A stretch of DNA of 64,000 bases from an uncultured Bacilli bacterium (GTDB lineage Bacteria > Bacillota_I > Bacilli_A > RF39 > UBA660), in contig CANQYB010000003.1 in the NCBI GenBank assembly GCA_947627975.1, positions 3,588 to 67,587 on the forward strand. Reading direction: 5' to 3'. The notes beneath the pieces are model-generated. The model was not told the DNA's origin. It saw nothing but the letters and a program-made list of their open reading frames with translations, and did no database searches. Below are positions 53,472 through 61,452 of this stretch, in pieces. Within the stretch, counting starts at the first letter, position 1. Each line of letters begins with the position of its first letter. The translations under genes and the position numbers were made by a program.

Positions 53472-54798
53472 TTAAAATTAATTTAACAGTCTTTACTTTA
53501 GATACAAATTGGATTTTAGGATCATCACTTATTACAACTATTGGAACATTAAATGTACCAGCTTCATAACCGCTTAAATCTACATATGCTTTAATCTTGG
53601 ATGTATCAACATTATCAATAACACTTTGAACACCTTTAGCTATAACTGTAATAGTTGAATCACTTTCTGATGTGGCATTAGCAACTAAATTGGATTTTAA
53701 ATTTTTAGTTTCAATTGCTATACCATTAATTTCTTTAGAAGCTTCAGCACCAACTTTAATTGTAATTGTTGCTGTTGATTCACTTAAATATCTAACTCCT
53801 GCCGGCTTTTCAATAGTTACATTTACTGTTTTATCATCTTTTAGTTTGTCAATATTAACTACCGCTTTTACACTATCTAAATTTTCAATAGTTTTTTTAT
53901 CTCCATAAACTGTAACATTTTTTACATCACTTTCAATTGATGAAATTGCAACGCCAGTTGATGCATTTCCCTCAGTAGTTATTTTTAATGGAACAGAAAC
54001 ACTATATGATTCTAAAGTTATTTCTACACTAGTTGTACTAGGTACAATTTCGACATTTTTAATAACAACTCCATTTTCATCATAAGCAACTAAGCGACAA
54101 TTATCTAGAGTATATGTTCCTGCATCTTTTAAAGCATCGTTATCAAGATCTACTAGTGCTTTTACAGTTGCAACTTTTTCAAGTTGTTCTTTTGAACCTT
54201 TAACAACTACTTCACTTCGATCCATTTTTATGTCTCCAACACTTAATTTTTTATTTAATTTATCTTGATTTAATATTTCATATGTTAAAGATTTAATTGT
54301 ACTTTGTTTTTCTTTAATAATTACCATTACATAAGAAGGATCTAATTTGTAATTTATAGAATCAATTGTTTGCGTATAAGAAAGTTTTACTTTATGTTCT
54401 CCAACACCATACCCAGTTAAATTTAGTGTAACTTCATGATCACCAAGTTGTTTAGCTAAATATAAATCACTTTGACGACCAATTAATGTTATATCAACTG
54501 TATTTGGTGCTCCTTCAACAACATAAGCTTCTTCATTGTATATTAAATTTACTTTTTGATCACTTAATACTTCAGCTTGCGTTTCAACTAAACTAACTAC
54601 TTTAGAATTAATTAAAAAGAAAATACCAATAGCAATAAAAAGAGAAATAAATATTAAAAATACTGGTTTATTTAAAGCTTTTTCTAAAAATCCTGTTCTT
54701 GATTTTAACCATTTATTTATGTTATAAATTAATCTACTTATTGGTGTAATTAACAATTTATCAAAAAAACTGACAATCTTTTTTAATAGATTTTTCAT
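53461..54798 (-). CDS. cdaR: YbbR-domain protein CdaR (regulator of diadenylate cyclase)
   Basis: N-terminal TM helix plus repeated YbbR-like beta domains; directly downstream of cdaA. Confidence 0.7.
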   Translation of the reverse strand: MKNLLKKIVSFFDKLLITPISRLIYNINKWLKSRTGFLEKALNKPVFLIFISLFIAIGIFFLINSKVVSLVETQAEVLSDQKVNLIYNEEAYVVEGAPNTVDITLIGRQSDLYLAKQLGDHEVTLNLTGYGVGEHKVKLSYTQTIDSINYKLDPSYVMVIIKEKQSTIKSLTYEILNQDKLNKKLSVGDIKMDRSEVVVKGSKEQLEKVATVKALVDLDNDALKDAGTYTLDNCRLVAYDENGVVIKNVEIVPSTTSVEITLESYSVSVPLKITTEGNASTGVAISSIESDVKNVTVYGDKKTIENLDSVKAVVNIDKLKDDKTVNVTIEKPAGVRYLSESTATITIKVGAEASKEINGIAIETKNLKSNLVANATSESDSTITVIAKGVQSVIDNVDTSKIKAYVDLSGYEAGTFNVPIVVISDDPKIQFVSKVKTVKLILSVK

Positions 54799-55607
54799 TA
54801 ATTATCACCTTCTTCTACATCAGCACCATAAAATACATCACTTTTTGGTTTTAATTCCTCAGTTAAAGTATTTTTAAATTCTTCTAAAGTTAAATTATAT
54901 CTTAATTTTCCATCAAAAGCTAAACTAATTCTTCCTGTTTCTTCAGAAACAATTAAAGCTAAAGCATCACTTTCCTCAGCAACACCTAAAGCAGCTCTAT
55001 GTCTTGTTCCCAATTTTTTATTTACTTTTGGGTTCATACTTGTTTTAAAAACAGCTCCAGCACATGTTATTTTATTACCTTGAATAATTATTCCTCCATC
55101 ATGCAAAGCACTATTTGGGAAAAAGATAGTTTCTAATAAAGGAGCTGATATTTCTGCATAAATTTTAGTTGCTGGTTCAATATATTCTTGTAAAGTAACA
55201 TCTCTTTCAATTACAATTAATGCTCCAATTTTACTTCTTTTTAAATATTCTATAGCATCCATTATAGAAATAATCATCTTTTCTCTTTCATCAACTGATA
55301 AAACTTTATGTCTACCTAATAATTTTGTACGCCCAATTGATTCTAAAAATGTTCTAATTTCTGGTTGAAATATTATTATAATAGCAAGTGGACCCCACAT
55401 AATAACATATTCAAGCAACAATCCCATAGTATATAAATTTAAAAGATTAGAAATATATTTAATAATTAAAATAAATATTATTCCTTTAATAATTAATCCC
55501 ATTTTTACATTATTTTTAAAATTTTTAAGAATACTGTATACCAAAAGCCAAACTATTGATATATCTAAAATTTTTGTTACCACATTCCAAATGGTAGTTA
55601 AAGTCAT
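54798..55607 (-). CDS. cdaA: diadenylate cyclase CdaA
   Basis: Three TM helices plus a DAC domain (GTRHRAALGVAEESDALALIVSEETG). Confidence 0.85.
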   Translation of the reverse strand: MTLTTIWNVVTKILDISIVWLLVYSILKNFKNNVKMGLIIKGIIFILIIKYISNLLNLYTMGLLLEYVIMWGPLAIIIIFQPEIRTFLESIGRTKLLGRHKVLSVDEREKMIISIMDAIEYLKRSKIGALIVIERDVTLQEYIEPATKIYAEISAPLLETIFFPNSALHDGGIIIQGNKITCAGAVFKTSMNPKVNKKLGTRHRAALGVAEESDALALIVSEETGRISLAFDGKLRYNLTLEEFKNTLTEELKPKSDVFYGADVEEGDN

Positions 55608-55654
55608 TTTAACATCCCTTTCTACTAATAAATTTATTATAACAAAAATAGCTC

Positions 55655-56020
55655 TTATTTTAAAGAACTATTTTTGCTATCTTCTTTTTCCTTTACTAAA
55701 GGAACATCCTCTATTATTGGAGTATTTTCTTCTTCGTTAATGTTTTCTTTAATATTATTTTTTTCATTTAATTTATTGTTATTTATAGCATCTTTAATTG
55801 GTAAATTTTCTAAAACTTCAATTTTTGGAGCAACATCAATTAACTCTTTCTTTTTTTTATCTTTAATATTTTTCTCTTTTACTTTTTTCTCTTTTATTTT
55901 AGAAGTTTTATTTTCAGTTTTATTATCAACTAAATAACCAATTAAAGCAAAAACTAAAAGTAATATTATTATTAAAAACCATAATGTATTATTTGCTAAA
56001 AAAGATATAATAGAATTCAA
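55655..56020 (-). CDS. small Lys-rich membrane-anchored protein, hypothetical
   Basis: 121 aa with an N-terminal TM helix. Confidence 0.45.
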   Translation of the reverse strand: MNSIISFLANNTLWFLIIILLLVFALIGYLVDNKTENKTSKIKEKKVKEKNIKDKKKKELIDVAPKIEVLENLPIKDAINNNKLNEKNNIKENINEEENTPIIEDVPLVKEKEDSKNSSLK

Positions 56021-56044
56021 ATTATTCCTCCTTATTCTAAATTA

Positions 56045-57118
56045 TTAACTAATTTCTGGACTAAATTCTTTAGGTTGAATATGAATAAATGTATTTCCAT
56101 CATTAACAGCTAATTTTTTGCCAAATTCATCTTTATAAATAGTTTTACTATCTCTTGAAGATTTTTCCCAAGTAATTTTTATAGCATAACCATTAGTGAA
56201 ATAATAACCACTTCCAGTTCCGACATTTTCAATATTCTGTCTACCATAACTATCTATTGATGTATTTTTAACACCATTGACTACAATTATATTTTTAACT
56301 TTTAACTGTTCATTAGTTGAAGCATCTTTATGAGCAACTCCATTTTCAAATTTTAAATATACTTTATTAGCTTCATCATATGTATATGAAGAATTTACTG
56401 ATGTAGAATACTTAATTTTTAAATTATTGGCTACTATAGCAGTAGTTGCTTTATTACCATTTTCATCTTTCTTTTCATATTTTTTTGCTAAATCTATATT
56501 TTCTTCACTATAATTTAAATTTAAATAATTATCTGATGTCATGCGATAATTCTTTTTATTAGCAGCTTTTTTTATATTTTCAGTATTTGTATAAGCATTA
56601 TGAGGTGCTTTATGTAATGTAGAATCTCTAAAAAACATTTTGGCAGGATTTTCTAAACCATTTAAATTATTAATTCCTAATTTTTTTATATCACTTTCAG
56701 CTATATATGACCATCCATAGTGAGTATAAATTGCATCATTTTCTAAGGCATAATCTAAAAAATAATGTCTAGAACTTCTTACTGGCCCAATTTTATCAAC
56801 GTTTACATCTTTAAATACTGCCATCATCCTAGTCAATCCACCCTCAACAATAACTTCATATAACATATATGCTTTTTGAATACCATATTGAGGTCTGGCA
56901 TCTTTTACATTGTCAATCATAACTGCGTATGGTCTTTCATTAGAATCTAAGTCAATAATATTTAATTTCTTTTTATGTACTACCTTTTTTTGAACTTTTT
57001 CAATTACCTTTTCTTCAAACCAACCCTTTTTATAGCCAAAAAATAATACTCCTCCCCCAATTAATAATATAATTAAAATTATAATTATTATTTTCTTTTT
57101 TAATTTTTTCTTTTTCAT
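56045..57118 (-). CDS. DUF3048 (YerB-like) membrane-anchored protein
   Basis: N-terminal TM helix plus the conserved DUF3048 core (YAVMIDNVKDARPQYGIQKAYMLYEVIVEGGLTRMMAVF). Confidence 0.6.
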   Translation of the reverse strand: MKKKKLKKKIIIIILIILLIGGGVLFFGYKKGWFEEKVIEKVQKKVVHKKKLNIIDLDSNERPYAVMIDNVKDARPQYGIQKAYMLYEVIVEGGLTRMMAVFKDVNVDKIGPVRSSRHYFLDYALENDAIYTHYGWSYIAESDIKKLGINNLNGLENPAKMFFRDSTLHKAPHNAYTNTENIKKAANKKNYRMTSDNYLNLNYSEENIDLAKKYEKKDENGNKATTAIVANNLKIKYSTSVNSSYTYDEANKVYLKFENGVAHKDASTNEQLKVKNIIVVNGVKNTSIDSYGRQNIENVGTGSGYYFTNGYAIKITWEKSSRDSKTIYKDEFGKKLAVNDGNTFIHIQPKEFSPEIS

Positions 57119-57284
57119 TTTAACTCCTTACTTCTATTATAACTATAACATTAATTTCAAAATAAATAAATATTTTTTAAAAAAATAGCAAAATATTTGT
57201 TAATAAATTACTATAAAAAAGATTGACAAAAAAAAAACTAAGTGATAATATAAAAAGCAAAATTTATTTAGGGGGAATATATTT

Positions 57285-58727
57285 ATGGGAATAAATTTTG
57301 AAGATTTAATTGAAAATTTAGAAACATTAAGTTTGGAAGAATTGAAAAAACTATCAAATACAATAAATCAATTTGAAAAAGATAAAAACAATGAAAGCTC
57401 TAAAATAGATCAAGATTATTGTGAAAAGGAAAAGGATGAATTAGATTTTAGTTTTCCAAAACCAAATAATGAAAATCAAGAAGGACTAAGACTAGTTTCA
57501 ACTAAACATGCTGATAAAAAATTATCTAAAAAAGCTAGAGTATTTTTAAAAACTTTGGGAATTAGTACTATAATAATTTTAATTATACTTTATTTATTTT
57601 ATATGTATTCAATACTTAATAAAACAGTAGATAAAGATGATGATTTATCTAGTAAATATTTTAGTAATAGTAAAAGTATTAGTATAGAAAATACAACAGA
57701 ATTTCTAAATAGTAATGAAAAAGATATTATTAAAGCTTTTGATGTTACCAATGATAGTGATGTAGAAAAACAAGCAGATATTATTGCTTCATATGTAAAT
57801 ATTTCGAATGATTTAGATAATAATATGAACTATAACAAGGACTTTATTGAAGATGTAATTAGAATTATCAATGGGGTAGCTCCTAAAAATAAAGAAATTA
57901 CTTTAGATGATGTAATTGATTTTACATGCAATTGGATTAATAAAGTATGTATAAATTCTACTAATTACATTGGTGGAGTTGAGGAATATAAAAATACTAA
58001 TCCAGAACTACATCTAGCTAAATTATTTAGTGAAGATACAATTGACTATGAAGTTCTTAAAGAATTTGATTCTTGTGTTAATATGGCTACACATAATAAA
58101 GACTTTAAGGAAATATATAAAGGTTCTAATGGTATATTAAAAATATTTTATGAAACTCTTGAATTAAATGGTAAAGAAACTAAATTTGGACTTGCAAATA
58201 GAAATAGCATGTCTAAGGGAGGCATTGCAACATTAGAATTAGGAATTATTAATGCTATTCCACTTTTAGAAGAAACAGATAAAAAACAAAAATTAGAATA
58301 TAAAGAAAACCAAGCAGTTGTTGATAAAAATAAAAATGAAAATGAAATCCATGGATATAATAACGAAGTTACTGATGGCATGAATATTATAAAATTAAAA
58401 TTAAATCCATTATCAAAAGATGAATATGAAAACTATTTTTCAAGTAATTTTGAATATGTTTATGGAATTTCATATGATAATGCTAAAAAAATTGCATTAA
58501 CTTCTAAAGATGAAAGAGATTTTTATAATAATATTAAAAATTTAACTAATTGTAATGTAAAAGTTGAATATGAAAATCAAATGATTGGTTTTGAAACTTT
58601 TGCTAGATTTTTCTTTAGTTATAATTCAGGTGAAATTCAAACAGCTGAAGAAAGTGATTTAAATCAAGATTTAAGAGATTTAGAGGAAACAAGAATTAGT
58701 AATTGTGCTAAGTCTAAAACAAAATAA
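57285..58727 (+). CDS. hypothetical type-II membrane protein (480 aa)
   Basis: Cytoplasmic N-terminus of about 90 aa, a single TM helix (ISTIIILIILYLFYMYSIL), and a large extracytoplasmic domain with no recognisable fold. Confidence 0.55.
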   Translation: MGINFEDLIENLETLSLEELKKLSNTINQFEKDKNNESSKIDQDYCEKEKDELDFSFPKPNNENQEGLRLVSTKHADKKLSKKARVFLKTLGISTIIILIILYLFYMYSILNKTVDKDDDLSSKYFSNSKSISIENTTEFLNSNEKDIIKAFDVTNDSDVEKQADIIASYVNISNDLDNNMNYNKDFIEDVIRIINGVAPKNKEITLDDVIDFTCNWINKVCINSTNYIGGVEEYKNTNPELHLAKLFSEDTIDYEVLKEFDSCVNMATHNKDFKEIYKGSNGILKIFYETLELNGKETKFGLANRNSMSKGGIATLELGIINAIPLLEETDKKQKLEYKENQAVVDKNKNENEIHGYNNEVTDGMNIIKLKLNPLSKDEYENYFSSNFEYVYGISYDNAKKIALTSKDERDFYNNIKNLTNCNVKVEYENQMIGFETFARFFFSYNSGEIQTAEESDLNQDLRDLEETRISNCAKSKTK

Positions 58728-58747
58728 TTAGTTAGGGGGAAAATAAA

Positions 58748-61441
58748 ATGTACGAAGAAAAAAGAAAAGCTATTAACTGGAAAAGCTTAATAATTAAAAT
58801 TTTAATTTTAGCTTTAATTGTTTTTTTAGTTATTTGGGTAATTCAAGTAATTAATAATAGAAAAAATAATAATTCAAATAATAAAATATTTAATCAAAAT
58901 ATTGAAAATATGAACGATGCAGCTGAAAGTTACTATAAATCAAATGAGTTGCCAAAAAATATTGGTGACAAAAATAAAATTACATTACAAGATATGATTG
59001 ATAATAATTTGTTAATGGAATTTACTGATAAAAATGGTAATTTTTGTGATGAAAAAAACAGTTATGCTCAAATTACTAAAACAAAAGAAAATTTATATCA
59101 ATTAAAAGTTTTACTTTCTTGTGATGATAATACAGATTATTTGGTAAAAGATTTTAATATTGAAAATAGTAGCTCTGAAACTAAAGATACTACTGAAACA
59201 AAAGATAATATTGAAAATAATAAACAAGAAAAAAATCAAGAAGAAAGTAAGTCTGTTGAAGAAATAAATGAAGAAACAAATAATGTTGATTATATTGATG
59301 AAAAAGTTCAAGAACAAACTTATACTACTTATGAAAAGAAAAAAGTATATACATATACAACTCAATATGAATTTAGAAAATTACTAGAAGAATCAACTAC
59401 AAAATATACTTGTCCTGATGGATATTCTCTAATGGGTAATAAATGTTTTAAATCTATTATTGAATCGGAAATAAATGCTACTTTAGAATATTATGAGGAT
59501 AAAGATATTATTACAGATCCACTAGAAAAAATTGAAGATAGTAAAAAAGAATATACAGATCCAATAAAAAATACTACTGAACCAACTTACTCATGTCCAA
59601 GTGGTTATGAAAAAACTGGTAGTGGAATTAATACTAAATGTTATAAAATTTCAACTACTTCAAAAGTATCAACTTCTGCTACTAAAACATGTCCAAGTGG
59701 TTATACACTTTCTGGATCTTCTTGTATAAAATATGATAATGCTTTATCAACTCCTGCTAGTGCTAATTGTCCAAGTGGCTATGCAAAAATAAATAATTCT
59801 TGTATTAAATATAATAAAGCTGATGTTATAAATGCTACTGCTAAATGTTCAAGTGGTTATACATTATCTGGATCTTCTTGTGTTAAATATGATAAAGCTG
59901 CAACTATAAATGCTACTGCTAAATGTCCAAGTGGTTATAAATTGTCTGGATCTTCTTGTATTAAATATGATACAGCTACTAAAATTTCTGCAAAAATTTC
60001 TTCTTATAGTTGTTCTAAAGGATCATTAAGCGGTTCTAAATGTTATAGTTGTCCAAGTGGTTATACTCAAAGTGGTAAAGGTGCAAACATCTCATGTTAC
60101 ATAAATGTACCAAAATATAATACATCTTATGGAAACTGGTATGTTTATACAACTAGAAAATCTACAACTGCTTTATATACTTATTCTAATAATACTGAAA
60201 AAATGGTATATACAGGTTCTAAACTTGAAAAGACTTGCTCTAAATGTTATACAAGAAGAACATATTATTATTATACTATATATAGAAGAAATGTTTATAC
60301 AAACACAACTTACACAAAATCTTATGGAAAAGTAACAGTAACTAACGCTACTCCTAATTATAAATGTTCTAAAGGTTCTAGAGATGGTTCTTCTTGCTAC
60401 TACTGTAAATCTGGTACTGCTACAGGTAGTGGTAAAAATACTAAGTGTAAAATTACTAATAAAAATCTTACTTATTCTTGTTCTAAAGGTTCTAAGGACG
60501 GTACTTCTTGCTACTACTGTAAATCTGGTACCGCTACAGGTAGTGGTAAAAATACTAAGTGTAAAATTACTAATAAAAATCTTACTTATTCTTGTTCTAA
60601 AGGTTCTAAGGACGGTACTTCTTGCTACTACTGTAAATCTGGTACTGCTACAGGTAGTGGTAAAAATACTCAATGTAAAGTTACTACTAACCTAACTTAT
60701 TCTTGTTCAAAGGGTTCTAAGGATGGTACTTCTTGCTACTATTGTAAATTTGGTACTGCTACAGGTAGTGGTAAAAATACTAAGTGTAAAGTTAGTACAG
60801 GAGTACAATACAGTTGTAAAAATGGTACTTTATATCAAAATAAATGTTATAGTTGTCCAACTAATTATAAACAATCATCATCAACATTTAATTCTAGTTG
60901 TTTAAAAACTACTTATGTAAATTCAATTAAAAATAATGGTACAACAATATTATCTTGTCCAAGTGGCTATACTCAAGAAGGTAGTGGAAATAATATTAAA
61001 TGTTATAAAAATATAACAGGTAAAACATCTTATTATTGTGAAGATCCATTATCTAAGCTTGGAGCAGATAATAAATGTCATAAGAATGTTAAGGGTGAAG
61101 TAAAAGGATATGTTTGTCCAGAAGGATATGCATTAAAAGACCAAAAATGTTACAAAACAACAAATGAAGAAGTTGATGCAAAGGAAGAAACTACTGAAGC
61201 TAAATATGATTATACATGGAACAATAATGAAACATTAGAAGGTTGGGAATTTACTGGTAATACTAGAACTATTACTAATGAATCAGAAGTAACTATCGAA
61301 TCTCCAAAAACTGGTTTATTTGATTCAGATAATATTTCCAAAAATATTATATTAATTGGATTCTTAACTATGGGATTAGGTTTTATTTCTTACTTAATAA
61401 TAAGGCTGTTTAAAAATAAAGAAAAAAATATTATTCAATAA
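58748..61441 (+). CDS. large Cys-rich repeat protein with N- and C-terminal TM helices (897 aa)
   Basis: N-terminal TM helix, more than 20 C-x(8-10)-C hairpin modules (CPSGY-x-LSGSSC-IKY) and a C-terminal TM helix plus KNKEKN tail; contains an in-frame 114-bp tandem repeat array. Confidence 0.7.
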   Translation: MYEEKRKAINWKSLIIKILILALIVFLVIWVIQVINNRKNNNSNNKIFNQNIENMNDAAESYYKSNELPKNIGDKNKITLQDMIDNNLLMEFTDKNGNFCDEKNSYAQITKTKENLYQLKVLLSCDDNTDYLVKDFNIENSSSETKDTTETKDNIENNKQEKNQEESKSVEEINEETNNVDYIDEKVQEQTYTTYEKKKVYTYTTQYEFRKLLEESTTKYTCPDGYSLMGNKCFKSIIESEINATLEYYEDKDIITDPLEKIEDSKKEYTDPIKNTTEPTYSCPSGYEKTGSGINTKCYKISTTSKVSTSATKTCPSGYTLSGSSCIKYDNALSTPASANCPSGYAKINNSCIKYNKADVINATAKCSSGYTLSGSSCVKYDKAATINATAKCPSGYKLSGSSCIKYDTATKISAKISSYSCSKGSLSGSKCYSCPSGYTQSGKGANISCYINVPKYNTSYGNWYVYTTRKSTTALYTYSNNTEKMVYTGSKLEKTCSKCYTRRTYYYYTIYRRNVYTNTTYTKSYGKVTVTNATPNYKCSKGSRDGSSCYYCKSGTATGSGKNTKCKITNKNLTYSCSKGSKDGTSCYYCKSGTATGSGKNTKCKITNKNLTYSCSKGSKDGTSCYYCKSGTATGSGKNTQCKVTTNLTYSCSKGSKDGTSCYYCKFGTATGSGKNTKCKVSTGVQYSCKNGTLYQNKCYSCPTNYKQSSSTFNSSCLKTTYVNSIKNNGTTILSCPSGYTQEGSGNNIKCYKNITGKTSYYCEDPLSKLGADNKCHKNVKGEVKGYVCPEGYALKDQKCYKTTNEEVDAKEETTEAKYDYTWNNNETLEGWEFTGNTRTITNESEVTIESPKTGLFDSDNISKNIILIGFLTMGLGFISYLIIRLFKNKEKNIIQ
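60365..60817 (+). repeat. in-frame tandem repeat, 4 units of 114 bp (one unit is 111 bp), inside the Cys-rich protein gene
   Basis: Units encode CSKGSKDGTSCYYCKSGTATGSGKNTKCKITNKNLTYS; units 2 and 3 are near-identical at the DNA level. Confidence 0.85.
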
Positions 61442-61452
61442 AAAAAATTAAG

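Noticed and set aside
60173-60905. ORFs 60173..60673 (-), 60384..60695 (+) and 60723..60905 (+) inside the big Cys-rich gene, and the idea that the 114-bp repeats are a CRISPR array
   Set aside because: The repeats are contiguous with no spacers, lie in frame within a long well-supported CDS, and the alternative-frame ORFs are low-complexity repeat artifacts.
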